DNA of 31,440 bases, from the IMG/VR virus record IMGVR_UViG_3300025534_000028, positions 1 to 31,440 of that record. One strand, given 5' to 3'. This document shows, piece by piece, positions 17,116-26,059 of the stretch. Position numbers and translations under genes: made by a program. Numbering within the stretch: the first letter of the stretch is position 1; each line of letters starts with the position of its first letter. A model generated the notes under the pieces. It was not told the DNA's origin. It made no database searches and saw only the letters and a program-made list of their open reading frames with translations. Origin of the DNA: a virus. Taxonomy: Duplodnaviria; Caudoviricetes.

Positions 17116-18276
17116 TTGAATGTATTAAGTTTGTTTGATGGAATTTCTTGCGGCAGGGTAGCACTTGAACGTGCAGGAATTAAAGTAGATACATATTATG
17201 CTTCTGAAATTGATAAACATGCAATTAAAATTACACAAAAAAATTATCCAGATACTATTCAATTAGGAGATGTGAATAATATTGATTTTACTCAATTCAT
17301 AGGAAAAATTGATTTGTTATTAGGTGGTTCGCCTTGCCAAGATTTAAGCATTGCGAAACAAAATAGACAAGGATTAAAAGGAGAAAGAAGTAAGTTATTT
17401 TGGAAATATGTAGAAGCATTAAATATTGTTAAACCAAAGTGGTTTATATTTGAAAATGTTGCAAGTATGAAAAAAGCAGATAAAGATATTATTACAAAAG
17501 AATTAGGTGTAGAACCTATAATGATAGACAGTGCATTAGTGTCCGCACAACAAAGAAAACGATTATATTGGACTAATATTCCTGGAATCGAACAACCTGA
17601 AGATAAACATATTTATTTACAAGATATATTAGAAAGTGAATATACTGATAGGCTAAAATCATATTGCATAGATGCAAGTTATTTTAAAGGAACTAATTTA
17701 GAACAATATTTAAAAAAGAAAAGACGACAAATAGTTTTTGAGAAACCGTTTAAAGTGGGGCAATTTAATTCAGGTGGTCAAGGCGATAGGGTTTATGCAA
17801 TAGAAGGCAAAAGTGTAACTCTATCGGCTAATGGAGGTGGTAGAGGTGCTAAAACAGGATTATATTTGATACCAGTTCAATATGATAGAAAAAACAAAAT
17901 AGGTAAAGAATTAGAAAAGGCTATAACTTTAATGGCTTCTGATTGGAGGGGATTAAACAGAAATCAAAAACAAAATGCTGTCGTATGTTGTGTTGCACAA
18001 CGTGGCAGATATAATGATGATGGGGAAATTGAACAACAATACGAACCTAGATTTGATGGTAAAACAAATACATTAACTACAGTACAAAAAGATAATATGG
18101 TATGGAATATAGAAGAAATGTACATACGGAAACTTACGCCAGTCGAATGTGAAAGACTTCAAACATTACCTGATAATTATACTGAAGGGATTAGTAATAC
18201 TCAAAGATATAAATGTCTTGGTAATGCTTGGACTGTTGATGTGATTGTACATATTTTAAAATATATAAAATATTAA
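17116..18276 (+). CDS. DNA (cytosine-5)-methyltransferase, canonical motif order, modular variable region
   Basis: LFDGISCG (I), GSPCQ (IV), FENV (VI), QQRKR (VIII), LTPVECERLQ (IX), LGNAW (X). Confidence 0.95.
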   Translation: MNVLSLFDGISCGRVALERAGIKVDTYYASEIDKHAIKITQKNYPDTIQLGDVNNIDFTQFIGKIDLLLGGSPCQDLSIAKQNRQGLKGERSKLFWKYVEALNIVKPKWFIFENVASMKKADKDIITKELGVEPIMIDSALVSAQQRKRLYWTNIPGIEQPEDKHIYLQDILESEYTDRLKSYCIDASYFKGTNLEQYLKKKRRQIVFEKPFKVGQFNSGGQGDRVYAIEGKSVTLSANGGGRGAKTGLYLIPVQYDRKNKIGKELEKAITLMASDWRGLNRNQKQNAVVCCVAQRGRYNDDGEIEQQYEPRFDGKTNTLTTVQKDNMVWNIEEMYIRKLTPVECERLQTLPDNYTEGISNTQRYKCLGNAWTVDVIVHILKYIKY

Positions 18277-18388
18277 TATAAAATTCTGAATACAATATAT
18301 AGTATATAATGACTTGCAAAGAACAATATATTGATTAAAAATTAAGATAAAACTGCGAATTCATTGAATTTTTAAGGGTGATAATAAA

Positions 18389-19069
18389 TTGAAAGTAAAT
18401 ACAAGAATAACCAGCGAAGGTATAAAAGAAAAGCAATGTACTAAATGCGGTGAATGGTTTCCAGAAACAACAGAATATTTTTATATGCGAAATAAAAGTA
18501 AACCAGAAAAAGGATATAAATCTGAATGTAAAAAATGTTCAATTAAAAGGTCTTTTGAAGTTACCAAGAAAAATCCTGAAAGAAGAAAACAATATTTAAA
18601 AAGAGCAAATTCTAAAGATAAAAGAAAACTAGACCTTAGAAACTGGACTAAAAAACGCAGAGATAATGGTTATTACAAGCAATACTATTTAAAAAATCCA
18701 GATAAACTAAAAGAATATAATAAAAAAAGAAAACTTAAAATTCATAAAATAAGTGAAGAAGAATGGCTTGCTTGCAAAAAATATTTTAATAATTCATGTG
18801 CATATTGTGGTTTACCGCAAGAAAAACACTTAATTAAACGTAAAGGGAAAATTATTAATATAGACTTACATAAGGAACACGTTGACGATCAAGGTAGTAA
18901 TTATTTGAATAATTGTGTTCCTAGCTGTTATATATGTAATAGTTTAAAAAGTACACATACATTAGATGAATTTTATAATATAAATAATCCTAATTTTACA
19001 CGAGAAAGATATAACAAAATTATTCAATGGATTACAACAGATTATAAGCAATTTATAAATAAATATTAA
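18389..19069 (+). CDS. HNH endonuclease (probable free-standing homing type)
   Basis: N-terminal CTKC/CKKC Zn finger; CAYC...KEHV...NCVPSCYICN. Confidence 0.85.
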   Translation: MKVNTRITSEGIKEKQCTKCGEWFPETTEYFYMRNKSKPEKGYKSECKKCSIKRSFEVTKKNPERRKQYLKRANSKDKRKLDLRNWTKKRRDNGYYKQYYLKNPDKLKEYNKKRKLKIHKISEEEWLACKKYFNNSCAYCGLPQEKHLIKRKGKIINIDLHKEHVDDQGSNYLNNCVPSCYICNSLKSTHTLDEFYNINNPNFTRERYNKIIQWITTDYKQFINKY

Positions 19070-19092
19070 TATAATATTGGGGGATAGATAAA

Positions 19093-20589
19093 TTGAAGGT
19101 AATTTATGAATCAGCCAATGGTAAAATTATACATGGAGATAATATTGAAGTGATGAAAACTATTAAAGAAAATTCAGTAGATAGTTGTATATCAGATTTT
19201 CCTTATGATTTATCATTTATGGGAAAAAGATGGGATACTACAGGAAACTTTTATGAATGGTGTAAAGCAAGAGCAGTTGAATTATATAGAATTATGAAGC
19301 CAGGTGGATATGTTTGTATTTTTGGTCATCCTAAGACGAACCACAGAATGAAATGTGCTTTTGAAGATGTAGGATTTCAAATTGTAGAAGAAATAGATTG
19401 GATATATCTTTCTGGGATGCCAAAAAATCAAGATATAGGCAAAATGTTTGATAAACATAAAGGTGGTTCACTTATTGTTGACGAAATAATGAAATATCTT
19501 AAAAAATATAGGCTTAAAAAAGGTGTTTCAGTTTCACAATTAGATAAAGATGTATTTGGTGGCACAACAAAATATAGTAGATGGTACGAAGAAAGAAATG
19601 ATGGTAGACTTCCTTCAGAAGAAGATTGGTTTAAATTAAAAGAATATCTACAATTTGATAATACATATGATGAATTTATAAAACAAGCCAAGCGTGAAAA
19701 GATAGGAGAATATAAACAGTTTAGAAGTGATAATGGCTCTTGGGCAACTAATAAACAGGGAGACATGTTTAGAATAGGAGAAAAAACTATAGAAATAACC
19801 TTACCTTCAAGTGAACTTGCTAAAACATGGGATGGATGGAAAACCGCAGGACTCAAGCCAGCGCATGAGCCAATAACTGTATTTCAAAAACCGATAGAAA
19901 AAAATTATTGTTATAATATTGAAAAATATGGTTGCGGTGCTATGAATATTGATGCTTGTAGAGTGCCGATAAATCCAGAAGTAGACGACCCACGATTAGG
20001 TGGAAAAGGTACTTGGTTAACTTCAAAGGCAGCAAAAAATATATACGAAGGTGGCTATAAAGGGGAAAGAGTTAGTTCTTCTGAATTAGGCAGATTTCCT
20101 CCTAATGTAATATTTGATGAATACACAAAAGATATTCTTGATGAACAAACTGGTATAAAAACAAATACAAGACATATGAGTTACAAAAGAAGTAATAAAG
20201 GATTTATAGACAATATACCTTCTCAGCCAGAAAAGGATTGGTTTGTTCAAGAAACTGGTGGCGGTAGTAGAATGTTTCCAATAATAAAATATTGTCCTAA
20301 AGTTTCCCCTAAAGAAAGATTACTACCTAATGGAGAACGTAACCCTCATGTTACACTTAAACCAAAAGAACTAATAAAGTGGCTGATAAAACTTGTTACG
20401 CCTAAAGATGGTACAACAATTGATATTACTGCTGGAAGTTGTACTCATGCAGTTGCAGTAGAAGAATTAAACAGAGATGAAGGATATAACCTTAAATACA
20501 TAGATATTGAATTAATGAATACAGAAACCGAACCATATTGTGATGTAGGCAAAATGAGAGTAGAAAGTATTGTAAAAAATATGAGTTGA
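19093..20589 (+). CDS. beta-class N4/N6 DNA methyltransferase with internal HTH
   Basis: IHGD, SDFPY, LKPAHEPI, GRFPPN, HVTLKP, DITAGSCT. Confidence 0.85.
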   Translation: MKVIYESANGKIIHGDNIEVMKTIKENSVDSCISDFPYDLSFMGKRWDTTGNFYEWCKARAVELYRIMKPGGYVCIFGHPKTNHRMKCAFEDVGFQIVEEIDWIYLSGMPKNQDIGKMFDKHKGGSLIVDEIMKYLKKYRLKKGVSVSQLDKDVFGGTTKYSRWYEERNDGRLPSEEDWFKLKEYLQFDNTYDEFIKQAKREKIGEYKQFRSDNGSWATNKQGDMFRIGEKTIEITLPSSELAKTWDGWKTAGLKPAHEPITVFQKPIEKNYCYNIEKYGCGAMNIDACRVPINPEVDDPRLGGKGTWLTSKAAKNIYEGGYKGERVSSSELGRFPPNVIFDEYTKDILDEQTGIKTNTRHMSYKRSNKGFIDNIPSQPEKDWFVQETGGGSRMFPIIKYCPKVSPKERLLPNGERNPHVTLKPKELIKWLIKLVTPKDGTTIDITAGSCTHAVAVEELNRDEGYNLKYIDIELMNTETEPYCDVGKMRVESIVKNMS

Positions 20590-20608
20590 TACAAAATATT
20601 AAAATAAA

Positions 20609-21082
20609 ATGGAGGGAAAATATTTGGCTGATTTTGACAAAAATAGGTTTCAGTCTAAGAACCAAGAGTATGAAACTCCATTGAGTTTATTCAATGTTTT
20701 AAATGAAGAATTTAAATTTACATTAGATGTTTGTGCAGATGATAAAAACCACAAAGTTGATACATATATAACTGAGGAACAAAATGCCCTTATCCAAGAC
20801 TGGAAAGGCATATGCTGGATGAATCCACCTTATAAAAATATAAAGAAATGGATCGTCAAAGCATACAATGAATCAATTAAACACAATAGTATTGTTGTTT
20901 GTTTAGTTCCTGCACGAACAAATACTTCCTGGTGGCATGATTACTGCATGAAAGGTGAAATTAGATTTATTAAAGGTAGACCAAAATTTGAAGGATGTAA
21001 ACATGGATTACCTCAACCATTAGCAATCGTAATATTTGGAAAAGAATATCAAAATACATATAAGTCAGTAATATTTCAATAA
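20609..21082 (+). CDS. phage-type DNA N6-adenine methyltransferase (Dam)
   Basis: YETP, FTLDVCA, WMNPPY, LVPARTNTSWWH, IRFIKGR. Confidence 0.9.
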   Translation: MEGKYLADFDKNRFQSKNQEYETPLSLFNVLNEEFKFTLDVCADDKNHKVDTYITEEQNALIQDWKGICWMNPPYKNIKKWIVKAYNESIKHNSIVVCLVPARTNTSWWHDYCMKGEIRFIKGRPKFEGCKHGLPQPLAIVIFGKEYQNTYKSVIFQ

Positions 21083-21152
21083 AAGTGTTATTTTATCCAT
21101 ATTTTTACCATGAGAATAATAATATAATTTAATAATGAGAAGGGGTATAAAT

Positions 21153-23012
21153 ATGAAATATGAATTAATATGTTATTGTGAAAACGATAAATTTGCTAAG
21201 AAAGCATATAGTTTAATACATAACGAACCAGAAAGTAAAAACTTAGGAGATATTACTTTAGTTAATGAAAAAGAAATTGCTGACTTCAATTGGATGGTTG
21301 GGGGATCGCCATGCCAGGACTTCTCAGTTGCTGGTAAAGGCAAAGGTGCAGTATGGACTTGTAAGAATTGTAAAGATGACGAAGGAAATGATTATCAATA
21401 TAATCCATTAGAAGTTCATTATACTAAAAGAGATAAATGTCCTAAGTGTAATTCTACAAACATTGAAAAAACCCGTTCATCATTGGTGGTAGAGTGGTTA
21501 AGAATTTTAAATGAAAAGAAACCAAATGTAGCAATATATGAAAATGTTAAGAATTTAGTTGGCAAAAAACATAAATACTTTTTTGATTTATTTATTCAAG
21601 AATTACATGAATATGGATATAATACATACTGGAAAGTTTTAAATGCTAAAAACTATGGAATACCACAAAATAGAGAAAGAGTTTATCTCGTAATAATAAA
21701 AAAGGAATTAGACAATGGTAAATTTAAATTCCCTAAAGGTTTTGATAATGGTGTTAGGCTTAAAGATTTATTAGAAAAAGAAGTAGATGAAAAGTATTAC
21801 ATAAGTCAAGAGAAAGTTGATAAGCTACTATCTCAAATTAAGGATAATAAATGGTTAAACAAAAATGCAAATTATACACCAACAAAAAATACAGCATCTT
21901 ATCCAATTCATTCACAAGAATTTGTAAGAACAGGATTTATGGAAAATTGTCCGACACTAAGACAAAGAGATTATAAAGACCCTATGTGTGTAGTTGTTGG
22001 GAATATAAACCCATCTGGAAATGGAATGAATGGTTGTGTATATAGTGAGGAAGGTTTAGCTCCAACAGCAACTACTAACAAGGGTGAAAGCAATAAAATT
22101 TTACAAGTTGGTTGCATTGAAGGTAAAAACTTTAATCAAAATAAGGTGGTTTATAATACAGAAGGAGTAGCACCAACCATCAAAGGTCAAGGACATTGTG
22201 GAAATGAGCCTAAAATATTAGAAAAGAATCAAGTAATACAAGTTGGCAATATTGTAGACACTGGAAATTGGGATAATCCACAAAGAGGAAGAATTTATTC
22301 TCCAAATGGTTGCAGCCCTGCATTAAATACGGTAGGTGGTGGAGGGTTAGAGCCAAAAATATTAGAGGAAAATGAGTTGAAATTCGTTGGTGGCATTGAC
22401 ACAACAGATAAATGGATTGATAATAATAAAGAGTTAAGCAGAAATTACAAAGAAGGGTATAGGGTATATGACAGTGAAGGGATAGCTTGCTGTCAAAAGT
22501 CTAATGGTGGAGGAATAGGGAGTTATACTGGATTATATAAAGTTGATGGCTGTAGTACAAGGACAAGAAATTATGCAGGGCAATCAGAGCAACTTGAGGT
22601 TAGAAAAGACGAAGTAAGTAATTCGATAACTACGGTACAAAAAGACAGTATGGTATTAGAATCAACCAATAGGTCATGTAGTTCAGCTACAGTATTAATT
22701 AAGGATGTTTATTATAGAATTAGAAAACTCACACCGCTTGAATGTTTTAGACTAATGGGATTTAGTGATGAAGATTTTTACATATTAAAAGAAAATGGTA
22801 TATCTGATACTCAATGTTACAAAATGGCAGGCAATTCTATTGTTGTTGATGTATTATATTACATATATCTTGAATTATATAAAGCAATGCCTTATTTATT
22901 TGAAGATATTAAATTAGGGTCATTCTTTAGTGGAATAGGAGCTTTTGAGAAAGCAATTATTAAGTTACAAAAAACAATACATAATCAAAATATTAATATA
23001 ATATTTGAATAA
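21153..23012 (+). CDS. circularly permuted, probably multispecific DNA (cytosine-5)-methyltransferase
   Basis: GSPCQDFS, YENV, PQNRERV, LTPLECFRLMGF, AGNSIVV; motif I (SFFSGIGAFEKA) at the C-terminus; ATG 21153 after the gaagggg RBS. Confidence 0.92.
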   Translation: MKYELICYCENDKFAKKAYSLIHNEPESKNLGDITLVNEKEIADFNWMVGGSPCQDFSVAGKGKGAVWTCKNCKDDEGNDYQYNPLEVHYTKRDKCPKCNSTNIEKTRSSLVVEWLRILNEKKPNVAIYENVKNLVGKKHKYFFDLFIQELHEYGYNTYWKVLNAKNYGIPQNRERVYLVIIKKELDNGKFKFPKGFDNGVRLKDLLEKEVDEKYYISQEKVDKLLSQIKDNKWLNKNANYTPTKNTASYPIHSQEFVRTGFMENCPTLRQRDYKDPMCVVVGNINPSGNGMNGCVYSEEGLAPTATTNKGESNKILQVGCIEGKNFNQNKVVYNTEGVAPTIKGQGHCGNEPKILEKNQVIQVGNIVDTGNWDNPQRGRIYSPNGCSPALNTVGGGGLEPKILEENELKFVGGIDTTDKWIDNNKELSRNYKEGYRVYDSEGIACCQKSNGGGIGSYTGLYKVDGCSTRTRNYAGQSEQLEVRKDEVSNSITTVQKDSMVLESTNRSCSSATVLIKDVYYRIRKLTPLECFRLMGFSDEDFYILKENGISDTQCYKMAGNSIVVDVLYYIYLELYKAMPYLFEDIKLGSFFSGIGAFEKAIIKLQKTIHNQNINIIFE

Positions 23013-23045
23013 AAGTTTGAATTTATTTAAAATAGGAGTGATTAT

Positions 23046-23237
23046 ATGTGTGATGTGTGCTTACATACTCCATGTTTACCACGTTGCCCAAATGCGCCAG
23101 ACCCACCTATAGTATATTATTGCGACTTATGTAATGAAGAAATACGTGAAGGCGATGATTATTATGATTTTGGCGAAGAAAAATATTGCTATGATTGTGT
23201 ACGAGAAGCATATAAAACAGCAGAATTGGATTTGTAA
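23046..23237 (+). CDS. small Zn-finger phage protein
   Basis: CDVC, CPNA, CDLC, CYDC; AGGAG RBS. Confidence 0.8.
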   Translation: MCDVCLHTPCLPRCPNAPDPPIVYYCDLCNEEIREGDDYYDFGEEKYCYDCVREAYKTAELDL

Positions 23238-23266
23238 AATATAAATATAAAAATTTATGAACACTG

Positions 23267-23295
23267 TTGACAAAACATTCATATAATGGTAATAT
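23267..23295 (+). promoter_or_regulatory. probable sigma-A promoter
   Basis: TTGACA-17-TAATAT with TG extension. Confidence 0.5.
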
Positions 23296-23301
23296 AAAAG
23301 T

Positions 23302-24063
23302 ATGATAAGTGAGGTTTTAAATATGGAACATTTAATATTATGTAAAGATTGTCAAGGCAAAGGCGAAAGAGTATACCACTACTACGATAAAAAACGAAAG
23401 ATACAAATTGAAGAAGTTAAAACATGTAAAACTTGTAACGGAAAAGGTAAAGTAGTAAGAAGAAGGGTATATTACGAATATAAACTACTAAAACTTATTA
23501 GATTAACTGATTATTATTGGAAAATATTAAATCACAAAATTAAAATCCCTATAAAATATTGGTACGACTGTGCAAAAACATGTCATGCTTGTAGAGGCAA
23601 TGGATTTATAAAAATTAAAATTGAATCCGAAGATAGTAAAAAAACAATAATTCAACAAACCGAATGTGAGAAATGCAAGGGCAATGGGATTGCTTATACT
23701 AAGACAGTTAAAGATATGTATAATGAAATATTTAACTCTTATATTGATTGCAAAACACAAAAGCAAAAAATTAAAGAAATACTTAAAAATAAAGAATGGG
23801 AAAAAGACGAATATAAAGAATATAAAGAATACTTCCCTAGTAAACAAGAACAAGTATGTGTTAGATGTATTAATTATTTAGACGGTACGGATGGTATGGG
23901 TGGTATGGATACTTGTTGTGGTTGTGTAAATGAGAGCGAGCTTAATGATAATGGGTATAGTTATTTTCAACCAGTAAATGAAAAAGCTAAAAAATGGTAT
24001 AATAATGGTGGATATAAATATAATTTGTGCTACGATAAAAAACATAATTATATTGTAAAATAA
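23302..24063 (+). CDS. DnaJ-type zinc-finger repeat protein (no J domain)
   Basis: Four CxxCxGxG repeats; probable start ATG 23323. Confidence 0.8.
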   Translation: MISEVLNMEHLILCKDCQGKGERVYHYYDKKRKIQIEEVKTCKTCNGKGKVVRRRVYYEYKLLKLIRLTDYYWKILNHKIKIPIKYWYDCAKTCHACRGNGFIKIKIESEDSKKTIIQQTECEKCKGNGIAYTKTVKDMYNEIFNSYIDCKTQKQKIKEILKNKEWEKDEYKEYKEYFPSKQEQVCVRCINYLDGTDGMGGMDTCCGCVNESELNDNGYSYFQPVNEKAKKWYNNGGYKYNLCYDKKHNYIVK

Positions 24064-24121
24064 TAATATAAAATTTATGATAATTAAACATATAATTCAA
24101 AGAAAGCGAGGTTGAGAAAGG

Positions 24122-24343
24122 ATGACATGCAAAGAATGTGTATATTATGAGCCTGATTATGGCACGTGGGGAGTTTTTGGGTGGTCTGGGGATGGCTCAA
24201 AAGGGTATTGTTGCGTAGAGCCAAAACGAGTATTTGTTGACGGTAATCGTATAAAGTGTAGATACTTTCTGTCAAAAGCGGAAAGTGATGTCAAACACGA
24301 TAGGATTACCACCACATTACATAGCAAAAAAGGAGATGATTGA
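24122..24343 (+). CDS. small Cys-rich hypothetical protein
   Basis: MTCKECVYY...GYCC...CRYF; GAGG upstream. Confidence 0.65.
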   Translation: MTCKECVYYEPDYGTWGVFGWSGDGSKGYCCVEPKRVFVDGNRIKCRYFLSKAESDVKHDRITTTLHSKKGDD

Positions 24344-24438
24344 AATTAATGAACAAACCACTACGAAAGTTAAATACCCAATTATTAATATAAAATCTTG
24401 TTTTTATCTATAGTAAGTACAAAGTAGGAGGTTACATA

Positions 24439-25035
24439 GTGAAAACTAAAATAAACAAAATTGAATGTGATTGGAAAGATGTCAAGAATAAATGCAGAAC
24501 AACAGTTAATAAGCAACATACAGAAAATATACCAAATGAAACATTTAAAACAAATATACTAATATCTGAACATAGTCCTATAAGACTTATAAAAGTAAAT
24601 TGGCTATGGGATAAAATTAAATATTGGGTTTCAACTCATTATGTACGTCACCATGTAGGTATTGAAAAATGGGTTTCTACACAACGAACAGATAGAACCA
24701 ATATTGACAGAGATAATATAGGTCAAGGTGCATTAGTTACATTTGAAGCCGAAGCAAATGCACAATCTCTTATAAACATTGGCAGGGTGAGATTATGTAA
24801 TCAAGCAAGTAAAGAAACAAGAAAATTATTTGAAGATTTAAAATTAACATTAAAAGAAAAAGAACCTGAATTAGCTGATGTATTAGTACCAAATTGTATA
24901 TATCGTTGTGGTTGTCCTGAATTTACAGAATGTGGCTATTGGAACAAATTTAAAAGCAAATATAGTAAAGATGATTTAACTGATATTAAAGTTAGATATA
25001 GTTTGTATAATAAGGAATTTTATCAAAGGAGTTGA
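24439..25035 (+). CDS. thyX: ThyX-like FAD-dependent thymidylate synthase
   Basis: SEHSPIR, THYVRHH, STQRTDR, RLCNQASKET, PNCIYRCGCPE. Confidence 0.7.
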   Translation: MKTKINKIECDWKDVKNKCRTTVNKQHTENIPNETFKTNILISEHSPIRLIKVNWLWDKIKYWVSTHYVRHHVGIEKWVSTQRTDRTNIDRDNIGQGALVTFEAEANAQSLINIGRVRLCNQASKETRKLFEDLKLTLKEKEPELADVLVPNCIYRCGCPEFTECGYWNKFKSKYSKDDLTDIKVRYSLYNKEFYQRS

Positions 25036-25041
25036 GTAGAT

Positions 25042-25578
25042 ATAAAAACTTGTATACTTTTGGTAGGACAAAGTGGCTCAGGCAAGGATAGTCTTGCAAA
25101 CATGCTTAAACATAATGGATATAAAATACTGAAATCATATACTACTAGACCACCAAGAAAAGGCGAAGTAGATACTCATATTTTTATTAAACCAGAAGAA
25201 GTTGAAAAATACAAGAAAGATATGATCGCTTACACTAAAATAGGAAATTATTCTTATTTTGCTACAAAAACTCAATTGTTAGATTCGGATGTTTATATAA
25301 TTGACCCAATTGGAATTAAATACCTTAAAGAAAAATGTAACGACATAAGATTTATTACTATTTTTATTAATGTTTCTGAAAAAGAAAGATTTAATAGAGC
25401 TTTAAATATTAGAAAAGACAATATAGATGATATTAAAAAGAGATTTAAAGCCGAAAAGAAACAATTCGATGAATTCAAACTTAATGCTGATTTTGATTAT
25501 TCAATTTGCAATTATGACTTAACTAAATCATATAAAATCTTAAAATATATAATCGAAATGGAGAGTTCAAATGAATAA
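25042..25578 (+). CDS. gmk: guanylate kinase-like nucleotide kinase; probable ATA start at 25042
   Basis: GQSGSGKD P-loop, SYTTRPPR, HIF, YIIDP; the hydrophobic strand KTCILLV lies upstream of the tracked TTG. Confidence 0.8.
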   Translation: MKTCILLVGQSGSGKDSLANMLKHNGYKILKSYTTRPPRKGEVDTHIFIKPEEVEKYKKDMIAYTKIGNYSYFATKTQLLDSDVYIIDPIGIKYLKEKCNDIRFITIFINVSEKERFNRALNIRKDNIDDIKKRFKAEKKQFDEFKLNADFDYSICNYDLTKSYKILKYIIEMESSNE

Positions 25579-26023
25579 GTTGTACATTTATGAATCTGGA
25601 AGTTTAACATATCTAAAAAAGAGCAATCTTTTTTACTTAGCTACTGAATGGAGAGATAAATTAGATAAATGGGCAAAAGATAATGGGGTATATACATTTA
25701 ATCCTGCAAAAACATTTGAAATAGAAATGGCACATAATTTCTCAGGAGAAATGGCAGTTAGACAGAATGACTTATATCTAAAAAAATCTAACATTATGGT
25801 TGTTCAAATGGATTACATAGATTATAGTCCTGGCACTATTTATGAATTGGTAACTTATAAGCAATTATATCCTTATAAACCAGTTATCGCATTCAGTGTT
25901 ATTAAAGAAAATCTGTATCATAAAAGTCCGCATATAGAAAGCTGTATTACTGAACATTGTGAAAGTATAGAAGATGTTATTAATTTATTATGTGTAATGT
26001 TTTCAGATAGTTTGATACGATAA
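25571..26023 (+). CDS. nucleoside 2-deoxyribosyltransferase-like / nucleotide N-hydrolase-like protein
   Basis: IYESGS...WR...FNP...D...SPGTIYEL...KPVIAF pattern. Confidence 0.7.
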   Translation: MNKLYIYESGSLTYLKKSNLFYLATEWRDKLDKWAKDNGVYTFNPAKTFEIEMAHNFSGEMAVRQNDLYLKKSNIMVVQMDYIDYSPGTIYELVTYKQLYPYKPVIAFSVIKENLYHKSPHIESCITEHCESIEDVINLLCVMFSDSLIR

Positions 26024-26059
26024 AAAAATCACTTTTATATAAATTAACAATATAAAACC

